Assembly (NCBI GenBank): GCA_039931165.1
Contig: JBDTSL010000004.1
Coordinates: forward strand, 21,028-85,027
Direction of reading: 5' to 3'
Length of the DNA: 64,000 nucleotides
Origin: Candidatus Doudnabacteria bacterium
GTDB lineage: Bacteria; Patescibacteriota; Doudnabacteria; UBA920; O2-02-FULL-48-8
In this document: positions 27,768 through 36,877 of the stretch, piece by piece
Position numbering within the stretch: the first letter of the stretch is position 1
How the letters are laid out: every line of letters begins with the position of its first letter
Notes under the pieces: generated by a model
The model's input: only the letters and a program-made list of their open reading frames with translations
Databases searched by the model: none
Told to the model about the DNA's origin: nothing
Position numbers and translations under genes: made by a program

Positions 27768-28316
27768 TCAATCAAATTTGAACTCGCGCATTTCACGCAG
27801 ATTTATTTTGTAAACCTCGCGAATGACGATATCAGCGGTACCGAAAACGGCATTCTTCCAGTCAAAGCCTAATTGCTTAGCCGTAGCTTGTATCGATTCT
27901 TCAGTGGGGCCCTCAAACTCAACATATGTCGGGATCTTGGGCCAGGTGTCAATGTCCACAACTACTTCTCCAAGCTTAAACTTATGGCGAATTTTTTCCT
28001 GTTGCCTGTCCATGACCAAGCCGAGCTCTTCCAAAACCAATTTCATTTTGTCCGGTTCTTCCAGTTTAAATTCAATTTCCAAAGTACCGGTAGCGGTAAT
28101 CCGCTCCACGTGCTTGTAAGTAAAAAAGACCCCTTTGGAGGTTTTCCGGATCCGGGCAAACTTTCTTTCCTGATACCACTTCCCCGCCGGGTCATGAAAA
28201 ATCTGTTCGGTGATCAGCTCCTCGCCCAGGTCCGAAGCGCCCAAGCTGCGCAAAGAGCTGATGAGTTTTGTCTTGTCTACTTCCAGAAACTTAACTTCAA
28301 TTTCCCGATTATCCAT
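27768..28316 (-). CDS. CYTH-domain protein (second paralogue)
   Basis: MDNREIEVKFLEV with the EIExK signature; 182 aa. Confidence 0.5.
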   Translation of the reverse strand: MDNREIEVKFLEVDKTKLISSLRSLGASDLGEELITEQIFHDPAGKWYQERKFARIRKTSKGVFFTYKHVERITATGTLEIEFKLEEPDKMKLVLEELGLVMDRQQEKIRHKFKLGEVVVDIDTWPKIPTYVEFEGPTEESIQATAKQLGFDWKNAVFGTADIVIREVYKINLREMREFKFD

Positions 28317-28468
28317 TAAAGCTGTTCGGTTACTACTCCTTCGTGTTTGCCGTCTTTACAAGTGCAAACTCTCATTGGCTGGCCGTTCAGATGACAACCT
28401 TCAGTATCGCAGCTCTTCGGACCCGATGAAACCACACCGCATGCGGGACAGACATAATGATTTTCCAT
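28316..28468 (-). CDS. small Cys-rich (zinc-ribbon-like) protein, 50 aa, not in the ORF track
   Basis: Minus-strand ATG at 28468 to TAA at 28316-28318 encodes MENHYVCPACGVVSSGPKSCDTEGCHLNGQPMRVCTCKDGKHEGVVTEQL. Its stop overlaps the CYTH start (ATG 28316-28314) by 1 nt, implying translational coupling. Confidence 0.4.
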   Translation of the reverse strand: MENHYVCPACGVVSSGPKSCDTEGCHLNGQPMRVCTCKDGKHEGVVTEQL

Positions 28469-28488
28469 AAAATTTGCTTGCAAATTTT
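28469..28488. promoter_or_regulatory. perfect 9-bp inverted repeat (AAAATTTGC-TT-GCAAATTTT), operator-like
   Basis: Abuts the start of the small Cys-rich ORF; a GC-rich hairpin (accccgac...gtcggggt, 28481-28504) follows the upstream gene. Confidence 0.35.
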
Positions 28489-28520
28489 ACCCCGACCACA
28501 GCGTCGGGGTAAATAGTTAA

Positions 28521-29285
28521 TTATTTGATTTCAAAAGTAATGCTAACCGTAGCCGTGACGTCCTGGCTTCCGGGTTCGATCGTCGGGGCAACGGACTTCA
28601 CGTCAGAGCCTCCACCTCCCATGCCAGTGGCATAAGGCATAGGTGTCGGATAGCCGGCATTGTTCTCGGAAATACTGACGATCCTGCCGAGTTTCAGCCC
28701 GGTGGCGTCTGCCAGCTCCTGAGCTTTTTGTTTGGCCTTATCGATGGCCTGTTTGCGGGCAACTTGCTTAAGGTTGTCCGGGTCATCAAAACTGAACTGC
28801 ACTCCCTGGATCTGATTGCCCCCGCTGAGCACGGCGCCCGCCAAAATCTTGCTCAGGTTATCTGTTGATTTATCGACTCCATGAACTTTTACGCTTATGC
28901 TTTGACTTCCTTGGTAGCCATTTATGGTATTTTTACCATTCTGATAATCATAACTTGGATAAACGCTGAAGTTAGAGGTGGTTATATCTTTTGAAGCAAT
29001 TCCCTGCTGTTTAACAAAATCCGTGATCTTATTCGCTTTGAGGGTCATGTCATCCTGGACTAGCTTGGCCGTCGTTGAGCTAGAAACCACTCCTACATTA
29101 ATGGTTGCCAGATCGGGCGTGGCGGAAGCCTTGCCTTCAGCAGACATCGAAATCGTGTTTTTCGGCTGTGAGGGCCTGAAATCCTGAGAAACGGTATACC
29201 CCTTTTCCAAAACCACTAAAACTAAAAAAATTCCAAGCAAGATCGCCAAAGTTTGCCAAAGCCAGGGCTTAATATTGGTTTCCAT
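28521..29285 (-). CDS. SIMPL (DUF541) domain protein
   Basis: N-terminal TM, then TPDLATINVGVVSSSTTAKLVQDDM...ITDFVKQQGIASKDITTSNFSVYPSY, matching the DUF541/SIMPL pattern. Confidence 0.5.
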   Translation of the reverse strand: METNIKPWLWQTLAILLGIFLVLVVLEKGYTVSQDFRPSQPKNTISMSAEGKASATPDLATINVGVVSSSTTAKLVQDDMTLKANKITDFVKQQGIASKDITTSNFSVYPSYDYQNGKNTINGYQGSQSISVKVHGVDKSTDNLSKILAGAVLSGGNQIQGVQFSFDDPDNLKQVARKQAIDKAKQKAQELADATGLKLGRIVSISENNAGYPTPMPYATGMGGGGSDVKSVAPTIEPGSQDVTATVSITFEIK

Positions 29286-29384
29286 GAGTGTTTGAGGTTA
29301 ATAATGCTTATTATAGCAAAAATAAATAGCAACCAAAAATCCCGATCTGCGCGCGGGCGTTTCTGAGTTTTCAGGGTAGAAAGT

Positions 29385-31109
29385 CTAAGGCGCGTTGAGT
29401 ATCGGGTCCGGCACCAGCCACTGGCAGCTGGTCTTGTCTTTTTTTATCCGCGAAATGTCCAGCTGTATGTCCGCTTGATGACTATCTATTAAAGATCGGA
29501 CAATACTTTGGATTTGCGCTGAAGTAAAGCTGCTCAAATCAAACTCTACCATTGAATAATCCGTCAGCTCGAATCTGTGGGTTTCGACATCAGGAGAAGG
29601 CGCAGTTTTGTTGATGACAAAAAACATTCTGGAATATTTTTGCTTGATAGCGTTTGGGTCAAACCCGAAATTCATTTCCAACAAAGTTTTCGATTCCGTG
29701 CCGGTCAGGAATAGCGGGTAGTACCTAAACCAGCAGTCGCTGTCAGAGACTCTGACGATGATCAGGTCATTCGTGGTTAAACCCAAAGCACGCATTTCTT
29801 CGGCTGTCCGATAAAATTTCTCGTGTTCGGATTGATAAATATAAGCTTGCGCGCGGCGAGATTTAAAAGCCTGGTCAAATCTCACGGATTCGTAGCCAGT
29901 AACCAATAAAGCGATCGATAAGGCTAGAACATATATGTAGCGGAAGTCTTCAGACTTCCATAATTTTCGAAACCTAAACGTTTCCGCTACTTGGCGCACA
30001 CAAATTGTCAGGGCGTATAAAATAAAAAACAAGCTCAGCAAATAACTTTGATAAATGAAATTCGGCACTTTCGATGTGACCAAGGAAATAGCCAAGAGGT
30101 TCCAGACAAACCAGCCGCCGGACAAACCAAGCAGTATTTTATCTTTCCTCTCACCTTTATACTTTATGCTTAATACTATTCCAAGCGTTATCCCTGCATA
30201 ATATACCCATGTCCAACGAAAAAGATATCTTTGCGGCAAATAGTCGGACAGATACCAATGCCAGGGCCTGGCCCATCCCTCCAGCTGCCTGAAATGGGTA
30301 AAAGAAACAAATATTTCACTTTTAAACGTCTGAGGGGAACTGAAGAATAAAGGCAGAAGACAAACCAGAAGCAAAAAAAGAAAAAACAGAACGGATGCCG
30401 ACACTTTTTTGTTTATTGTTCGGTGATCCCAAATAAGCAAGCCAAAAAAAGTTGCGGCCGGTATCGCGCCCAGCAAATTTTTCGCCATGACCGGCAAAGC
30501 CACGACCAAACCGATAAGAGCAAACTTCCAAATAGGATAGTTTAATCGCAGCTCTTGATCTTTTTCCAAATACCAAAGATTGGCTAAGAATCCAAACACA
30601 ACCGTAAAAGCCAAAACAATATCGGAAGCGCCAAAGGCGTAACCTGAGATCAGTTCATGGGTGAAAGGAGTGTTCAGCCAGAAGATCGCGGCTATTGTAG
30701 CAGCGAGTGCGGCCGATAAATTTTGACGGAATCTATAAATACCGCAAATAAACAGTAAACCTGCCGGACAAAGGACAAAGGCATATGACAGCCTTTTGAC
30801 CTCAATACTGACCTGGCCGTCGAGATTAAAAAATAGATATGGCACATAAGCAAAAAGTGGCGGGATATGCTGCCAGTAAGGCCCCTCCATCCAATTCCCC
30901 TCCTGATCTACGAGCGGATTGACGCGAACCATAGGCGGAAAAAGTTTCCTCGTCAGGTTCGCTGCCACCACGGAATTCGACGATTCGTCATGCGCCAGAA
31001 GGTCTTTTTTGAATATCCAAGGAAAATCCGATTTTGTATTGAACAAAAACAAAGTCGTGAAGATCAGGCAGAGTATGGCAACAATAATTTGATTCTGATA
31101 TTTTCTCAT
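29385..31109 (-). CDS. polytopic membrane protein, probable GT-C fold glycosyltransferase (PMT/ArnT-like)
   Basis: 574 aa, at least 10 TM helices, DE dipeptide in the first extracytoplasmic loop (LLAHDESSN), and a C-terminal soluble domain. Confidence 0.4.
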   Translation of the reverse strand: MRKYQNQIIVAILCLIFTTLFLFNTKSDFPWIFKKDLLAHDESSNSVVAANLTRKLFPPMVRVNPLVDQEGNWMEGPYWQHIPPLFAYVPYLFFNLDGQVSIEVKRLSYAFVLCPAGLLFICGIYRFRQNLSAALAATIAAIFWLNTPFTHELISGYAFGASDIVLAFTVVFGFLANLWYLEKDQELRLNYPIWKFALIGLVVALPVMAKNLLGAIPAATFFGLLIWDHRTINKKVSASVLFFLFLLLVCLLPLFFSSPQTFKSEIFVSFTHFRQLEGWARPWHWYLSDYLPQRYLFRWTWVYYAGITLGIVLSIKYKGERKDKILLGLSGGWFVWNLLAISLVTSKVPNFIYQSYLLSLFFILYALTICVRQVAETFRFRKLWKSEDFRYIYVLALSIALLVTGYESVRFDQAFKSRRAQAYIYQSEHEKFYRTAEEMRALGLTTNDLIIVRVSDSDCWFRYYPLFLTGTESKTLLEMNFGFDPNAIKQKYSRMFFVINKTAPSPDVETHRFELTDYSMVEFDLSSFTSAQIQSIVRSLIDSHQADIQLDISRIKKDKTSCQWLVPDPILNAP

Positions 31110-31243
31110 CTGCTTAATTCTACCTTACTCTTGACAATATCGCCAAAAAAGAGTACAATTAATTGTTAAGTAAATAACAGACTCGATACCAAAATTGTCA
31201 GATTTTTTGACCCATTTGGATGCTCGGGTCAAAGAAATAATTT

Positions 31244-32626
31244 ATGAACGCATCCGCGTCAACAGCCTCTTTCGAGGGCCTGGGCATCGCCCCGCAATTG
31301 CTCGAAATCCTGGTAAAATTAAACTTCACGATCCCGACCCCGATCCAACTGCAATCCATTCCGATAGCGATTGAAGGCAAGGACGTCATGGGTATCGCCC
31401 AAACCGGCACGGGCAAGACCCTGGCTTTTGGTATCCCCATGATCCAAAGACTGGCCCAAAATAAAGGCCGGGGCCTGGTGATCCTGCCGACACGGGAGCT
31501 GGCCTTGCAGGTAGATGAAGCCATCCAAAAAATAGGACGCTCTCTGGGACTTAAAACCGCGGTGCTTATCGGCGGCGAACCGATTAACAGGCAGATTCGG
31601 TCATTGCGCCAAAACCCTCACATTATCATCGGTACTCCCGGTCGCATGAACGACCATTTGGAGCAAAAAACACTTGATCTGTCATCTGTCAACATTTTGG
31701 TGCTTGATGAAGCGGACAGGATGCTGGATATGGGCTTCGAACCGCAGATCAGAAGGATCCTGGCAAAAATCCCAAAAACCCGGCAGACTATGCTGTTCTC
31801 AGCCACAATGCCCGACCAGATCGTCCGGATTGCGACAGCCTATATGTCTCTGCCGATCCGGATCGAGGTCGCCCCCGCCGGTTCCACTGTCCGGGAGATA
31901 TCCCAGGAGGTGTTCTTTGTAAATCGCGATAAAAAACTGTCTTTGCTGGAAAAAGTGCTGGCTGAGCATAAAGGTTCGGTTCTGGTTTTCACCCGGACCA
32001 AATACGGCGCTAAAAAAATCGCGCACGCGGTGCGGAACATGAGGCACACCTCTTCCGAAATTCATTCCAACCGTTCTCTGGGCCAGCGCAAAGAAGCTCT
32101 GGAAGGGTTTAAGATCGGCCGGTATAAAGTTTTGGTCGCGACAGACATTGCCGCCCGCGGCATTGACGTGACCGGCATCGAACTGGTGATCAACTATGAC
32201 CTGCCTGAAAATCCGGAAGATTACGTCCACCGCATCGGCAGAACCGGCCGCGCCGGACTGTCGGGCAAGGCAGTATCATTTGCCACTCCTGACCAGCGCC
32301 ATGACGTCAGATCAATTGAGAGACTGATAAAGATCAGCCTGCCGATCAAGCAGTCGCCAGAATTGGCCTCTGGCTTTGCGCCGGCAGACCAGCCCAGGCA
32401 TAGTTACGTCAGACAAATGGGGCGTCAGTCTTCCGACAGGCCCCGACGGGACGGACCTCCTTCCAGGTTCGGCAAGTCAAGAAATAAGTTCAAACAGCGT
32501 GAACAATTTCCCCGTCACAAGCCGGGAGCGCCGCTGGATCAAGGTTTCGATGCCAATCACCGAAAACCAACCGGCAATTTTGACTCGAACCGCATTTCTT
32601 ACAGGAATGACCGGGATTCATTCTAA
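31244..32626 (+). CDS. DEAD-box ATP-dependent RNA helicase with R/G-rich C-terminal tail
   Basis: AQTGTGKT (motif I), DEAD, SAT and HRIGRTGRAG motifs. Confidence 0.9.
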   Translation: MNASASTASFEGLGIAPQLLEILVKLNFTIPTPIQLQSIPIAIEGKDVMGIAQTGTGKTLAFGIPMIQRLAQNKGRGLVILPTRELALQVDEAIQKIGRSLGLKTAVLIGGEPINRQIRSLRQNPHIIIGTPGRMNDHLEQKTLDLSSVNILVLDEADRMLDMGFEPQIRRILAKIPKTRQTMLFSATMPDQIVRIATAYMSLPIRIEVAPAGSTVREISQEVFFVNRDKKLSLLEKVLAEHKGSVLVFTRTKYGAKKIAHAVRNMRHTSSEIHSNRSLGQRKEALEGFKIGRYKVLVATDIAARGIDVTGIELVINYDLPENPEDYVHRIGRTGRAGLSGKAVSFATPDQRHDVRSIERLIKISLPIKQSPELASGFAPADQPRHSYVRQMGRQSSDRPRRDGPPSRFGKSRNKFKQREQFPRHKPGAPLDQGFDANHRKPTGNFDSNRISYRNDRDSF

Positions 32627-32721
32627 TAATAAAAGCTGCGCATTTCAAATTTCTTTTTGGCTAACGAGTGTGATAAAAATAGTTATCCCGGGTTATACCC
32701 GGTTATGCACCGTTTTTGACT

Positions 32722-32755
32722 TTGACAAAAAATAGCGAAGTTCTATGATGAATTT
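32722..32755 (+). promoter_or_regulatory. sigma-70-like promoter (TTGACA-N16-TATGAT)
   Basis: tttgacTTGACAaaaaatagcgaagttcTATGATgaa in a gene-free interval; downstream are AAAGGAG plus a 17-codon ORF and a terminator. Confidence 0.4.
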
Positions 32756-32896
32756 GAAAGGAGAGAACAAATAATGCAGCAGGACTTAATAACGCATAGA
32801 GCGCGTTTCCTCTGTAGCGAAAACTAGCAGGCCGGTTTAGGCCTTCAAATAAAAAAATAATTATCGCATACCTATGGAAACATCGCACTTTTGCTA

Positions 32897-32924
32897 AAAG
32901 CCGCACGATACCGTGCGGCTTTTA
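32897..32924. terminator. bidirectional rho-independent terminator
   Basis: aaaagccgcacgataccgtgcggctttt, a perfect 10-bp stem flanked by A4/T4. Confidence 0.6.
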
Positions 32925-32935
32925 GGTTGCGGCAA

Positions 32936-33310
32936 TTATTGGATAAGTTGCTGAATGTCCGAAGGTTTGATCTGCTGAACTTGATTCAGGCTGACTCCGC
33001 TTGAAGAAAAAATCACTGTGGCCAATATCACGAAGAGTAGGATCGATATCGCGGTTAGCGCCACACAAATCAACGCGGCTTCCTGGCCGTCTTCCTTGCC
33101 GCTAAAATAAAATTTAACCGCAAAAAATATGCCGACAGGAGGAACGGCTACCGAAATTATGTAGGCCCATTTTTTTTGTTTATCGGTCAGCTGGTCGGCC
33201 TTCCCGCTCTGCATGGCCATAATGGCCAAGGCCGCAACATCAATTTTTTTGTCCTGCTGGGCCAGTCTTTTGTAGGTTTCGAGCTCTTGAGCCAGTTTAT
33301 CTTCATTCAT
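32936..33310 (-). CDS. hypothetical membrane protein
   Basis: 124 aa; two hydrophobic helices in the C-terminal half. Confidence 0.3.
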   Translation of the reverse strand: MNEDKLAQELETYKRLAQQDKKIDVAALAIMAMQSGKADQLTDKQKKWAYIISVAVPPVGIFFAVKFYFSGKEDGQEAALICVALTAISILLFVILATVIFSSSGVSLNQVQQIKPSDIQQLIQ

Positions 33311-33346
33311 AAGTTTTGGTTACCTGTATTATATACCCGGTCGTCA

Positions 33347-34864
33347 TTACGCGAAACCCGGAAAGAAATCGATTTTGATCTGACTGCCCGGAATTCCAAG
33401 AGTTTTCAGGTTTTTTTCGAACGCCACGACCATACCGTGCGAACCCGAAATATAAAACATCCGTTCCTTATAATCCCCGACTTCGTCTGTGATCTTTTTT
33501 GCGGTCAGGTGGCCGTCTCTTTCCGTCATGATGTAAACGGTTTTGATCCCAAGCCTTTGCTCGGCTTGTTCAAAAATCTCCCGATAGCTGGCTTCGTCTT
33601 GGTTTCTGTTCGAGTAAAACAAAACGATATTCCTTTTTTCGTTACGGTCCAGAAGATATTTGATCATGCTCCGGAAAGGAGTGATGCCGATGCCTCCTGC
33701 CAAGAACACAAGCTTTTTTTTCGGGTCATCAGGTAAAGTAAAATCCCCGGATAATTGTCCGGCCAAAACTTCGCTCTCCGGTTTCAGGGCAATCAAAGTT
33801 CGTTTAAAACTGCTGGCTTCAGGGTAAAATTTTACCCCTATATGGACATCGGGTTCTGTCGGAGAAGACGCTAAAGTAAAATACCGGCGATTGCCTCTGC
33901 TGTCCGGATTTTTATGACCTACGGTCCATTCCATATATTGCCCGGGCTTGAAACTTAGGCGGCTGTTGGCCCGAAACACAAAGTCGTACGTATCCGAACC
34001 CATTTCCTTAATAGCCTTAAGTGATAACATGTATTTTTCCTTGGGGCTCAGAATGTATGAAAAAACATTTCCGGCCAGTAGTGCCATCTCTGGAGTTGAG
34101 TAGAAAGAACCGATGTGGATGTTTGGTCCAAAAAGCAAACCCACCAAAGCTCCATAAATAATCCTGGCCGATTTCCTGGGCGGCGTGGTCAGCGGCTCAG
34201 TCAGCATGATGAAAGCAAAAAATATGATCGGAGAATGCATCAAAATCTGTTGGATCAGAACAAACGGAGTAGAACGGGATGGTGAAAACGCGACGATCGA
34301 AACTGCGGCAGCAAGCAAGAAACTTATGACCAGTTCGAAGCGCTGGATTTTACGGGTAACCAGTAGCCCTCCTAAGATCACCAGGGGCAACAGCGACAAG
34401 GTTCCCACCCACCAGCTGGCCGATTGATTGATGGTCAGGGCTGTCAATGCAACGGCAAATGCCGCGGGATTGAAAAAATGTTTTCCCCGGAAAGCCAAAA
34501 TATATTTTACAGACATGCCCCAAACCGCGGCCCAGAACAAAAACATCAGGCTGCTGAAATAACCGGCTCCGGATGCGGCAGGTGGAGTTATAATTAATGC
34601 CAAAATCAAGGCTGTGATGTATACCGACTCGACGTTGGCCGGCACTTTAAACACTCGGGAAAAAGTTTCGTTTGCAGCCCAACAAATCACCAATAGAATT
34701 AAAACTTCAAAAATAAGATCCAACGGCTTGAAAGCCAAAATCCCAAGAGCGGAAAAAACCACGGCTACGATTACCAACACCATCAAAAAATACAGCACCA
34801 GCCGGTACATCGTGATTTTGTTCAAATAACTATCAATAAAGTTAAGCATTGGCATACTCTTCAA
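33347..34864 (-). CDS. membrane-bound FAD/NAD(P)-binding oxidoreductase (polytopic N-domain + FNR-like C-domain)
   Basis: N-terminal approx. 250 aa with 6-8 TM helices; C-terminal RRYFTLASSP (FAD-binding R-x-Y-S/T-like) and FLAGGIGITPFRSM (NAD-binding) motifs. Confidence 0.6.
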   Translation of the reverse strand: MKSMPMLNFIDSYLNKITMYRLVLYFLMVLVIVAVVFSALGILAFKPLDLIFEVLILLVICWAANETFSRVFKVPANVESVYITALILALIITPPAASGAGYFSSLMFLFWAAVWGMSVKYILAFRGKHFFNPAAFAVALTALTINQSASWWVGTLSLLPLVILGGLLVTRKIQRFELVISFLLAAAVSIVAFSPSRSTPFVLIQQILMHSPIIFFAFIMLTEPLTTPPRKSARIIYGALVGLLFGPNIHIGSFYSTPEMALLAGNVFSYILSPKEKYMLSLKAIKEMGSDTYDFVFRANSRLSFKPGQYMEWTVGHKNPDSRGNRRYFTLASSPTEPDVHIGVKFYPEASSFKRTLIALKPESEVLAGQLSGDFTLPDDPKKKLVFLAGGIGITPFRSMIKYLLDRNEKRNIVLFYSNRNQDEASYREIFEQAEQRLGIKTVYIMTERDGHLTAKKITDEVGDYKERMFYISGSHGMVVAFEKNLKTLGIPGSQIKIDFFPGFA

Positions 34865-35588
34865 ATCCGCTGGTCATAGTCGCGATCTTATTATTATCAA
34901 TCATATAACCTTCGAAGCCTGGCAATTTTTCGATAAAAACTATCCCTTCCTTTCCCATGGCGAACGCTGCGGTGGCAAACCTGTCAGCTTCGTAAATATT
35001 CGGCCCGATCACTGTCAGGCTGATTATATCAGCAATATCTTGACCGATATCGTGAGGATTGTAAATATGCTGGCCGCGGATATATGTCCCGGAAGTGGCG
35101 ATGCCTTCGGACTTGAGAAAGACCACTTTTAAGATCTGCTTTTGGTCAAAAGGATTCTTGATCCCCACTCGCCATGATTTTCCCTGGCCGTTGCTGCCGC
35201 TGACCTGGACGTCTCCGCCGGCTTCAATAAAATAATTTTTAAAACCGGCTTTTTTTAGAATTTCAGCGGCATTGTAAATCGCCCAGCCTTTGACCAGACC
35301 CGAAGGATCAGATGTCCCGTCCGGTTTTTTGATGTCGAAGTAACCATTGGTTTGGTTTTTCGTCTGTTCCGAAAGCTCGAGCATGTTTTTCATTAGGGCG
35401 CTTATGTCCGCGGGTTTGATCTCGCCCCTGTTCATTCGGCTCATCTCGCTGTCAAACTTATATGTGCTGAAGCGCCGGTCGATCTGGTCAAAGTAATTAA
35501 AAATTTGCTCCAAATCCCCTGCCGTTACAAGGCTGTCGATCACCTCTACGGTTACCGGCATACCCATAATAATCCTGGTCGATTTCAC
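34842..35588 (-). CDS. apbE: ApbE-family FAD:protein FMN transferase
   Basis: Shows the ApbE fold regions (MGMPVTVEV, GWAIYNAAEILKKAGFKNYFIEAGGD, ATSGTY); 248 aa, slightly short. Confidence 0.75.
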   Translation of the reverse strand: MKSTRIIMGMPVTVEVIDSLVTAGDLEQIFNYFDQIDRRFSTYKFDSEMSRMNRGEIKPADISALMKNMLELSEQTKNQTNGYFDIKKPDGTSDPSGLVKGWAIYNAAEILKKAGFKNYFIEAGGDVQVSGSNGQGKSWRVGIKNPFDQKQILKVVFLKSEGIATSGTYIRGQHIYNPHDIGQDIADIISLTVIGPNIYEADRFATAAFAMGKEGIVFIEKLPGFEGYMIDNNKIATMTSGFEEYANA

Positions 35589-35601
35589 AAAAAAATTACT
35601 C

Positions 35602-36036
35602 CTAATTTTTAGCCTGAGCCAGGGCTGAAGCCAAAGTTTGCCTGTAAGCCAGACTTGATTGCGTTGCCCCAGAAACGATGTTCACATTCGCGCTCTGGAC
35701 TTGGATTGCCTCCTGCTTCATGATCGGCATTGCCTGAGTATTGATTTGAATAGAGGTGCGGCGATCGTTGGGATATTGCAGAAATATAATATCGGTTATT
35801 TTACCGCCTGAAATTACGGCATTAACCTGAAAAGGTCCATAAAAAGCATCGGCAACCATACCCATATACTGTCCGTCCTTATATAGAGCCTTGGTCTGCG
35901 GAGTCGGATAAACTGGAGTTTGATCCGTAGGCGTTGTGGTAACGGTATTGTTGGTACTTTTTAAAATGCTTCTCTCGTAAGCGACATAAACAACAAATGC
36001 CAGCACAACTGTCAGCGACAAAAGGAATTTTTTCAT
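35602..36036 (-). CDS. FMN-binding domain protein (extracytoplasmic, flavinylation target candidate)
   Basis: Signal/TM at the N-terminus; FMN_bind-like C-terminus with ..IVSGATQSSLAY (S/T-G-A-T flavinylation motif). Confidence 0.6.
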   Translation of the reverse strand: MKKFLLSLTVVLAFVVYVAYERSILKSTNNTVTTTPTDQTPVYPTPQTKALYKDGQYMGMVADAFYGPFQVNAVISGGKITDIIFLQYPNDRRTSIQINTQAMPIMKQEAIQVQSANVNIVSGATQSSLAYRQTLASALAQAKN

Positions 36037-36129
36037 AAGAATATTATACCCGATATATCTTATGCGGCCAAACTTGAAAGATATTTCTGGGTACTTTCAA
36101 AATAGTTCCGCAGCATCTATAATTAGAGC

Positions 36130-36780
36130 ATGAATACTAAATCAATTTTGCTGGCTGGGCTGGGAATAATTGTTATCATCGCGGTGGGATTTGTTTTTTC
36201 ACGCCCTCGGATCCCTAAAACCCTGATTCTGGCAGTTCCATTTACCGCTCAAGCGCCGACCAATAACTGGTCTCGCAACGAGGACTGCGAAGAAACAAGC
36301 GTCGCTATGGCCACAGCTTACCTTAACGGCCAATCCGGGGACATGATGTCTGCGGGGGATGCCCAGAATGCCATAAATCAGCTTAAAAATTGGGAGAATA
36401 TCAACACCGGCTACAATGCCAATACCGGCGCTGATGCCACCACAAAAATGGCCGAAGGTGCGTTCAAACTGAAAGTGACACAGATCAAGGACTTTACCGA
36501 ACTCGATCTGAAGTCGGCGCTGGCGAAGCATCATCCGGTGCTCCTGCCTATCAATGCCAAATTGCTTGCCAACACTTACAAGGACAACGGCCCGACTTAT
36601 CACATGATAGTGGTCCGAGGCTTCGACGAGCGCGGCTTCATCATCAATGACCCGGGTACGAATTCCGGAGACGGGAATGTCTATACATTTGAAACTTTAA
36701 AAAATGCTTCAGCCAATTGGAATCAAACGACAGGCTCAATGGAATCGGCAAATAAGATCGCTTTAATATTGTCTAAATAA
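36130..36780 (+). CDS. membrane-anchored papain-fold (peptidase C39-like) domain protein, paralogue of 16475-17227
   Basis: VPFTAQAPTNNWSRNEDCEETSVAMATAYL and HMIVVRGFDERGFIINDPG mirror the motifs of the other copy. Confidence 0.5.
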   Translation: MNTKSILLAGLGIIVIIAVGFVFSRPRIPKTLILAVPFTAQAPTNNWSRNEDCEETSVAMATAYLNGQSGDMMSAGDAQNAINQLKNWENINTGYNANTGADATTKMAEGAFKLKVTQIKDFTELDLKSALAKHHPVLLPINAKLLANTYKDNGPTYHMIVVRGFDERGFIINDPGTNSGDGNVYTFETLKNASANWNQTTGSMESANKIALILSK

Positions 36781-36795
36781 TGTTGATGCTTTCTT

Positions 36796-36869
36796 TGGCT
36801 GGGGAGGAAGGATTCGAACCTTCGATGATGGATTCAGAGTCCATTGCCTTACCACTTGGCTACTCCCCA
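36796..36869 (-). tRNA. tRNA-Gln (anticodon CUG)
   Basis: Minus-strand TGGGGAGTAGCCAAGTGGTAAGGCAATGGACTCTGAATCCATCATCGAAGGTTCGAATCCTTCCTCCCCAGCCA folds as a cloverleaf: 7-bp acceptor with U1-A72, D-arm GCC/GGC, anticodon stem ATGGA/TCCAT with loop CTCTGAA, T-arm GAAGG-TTCGAAT-CCTTC, and encoded CCA. Confidence 0.8.
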
Positions 36870-36877
36870 AAGTTGTA

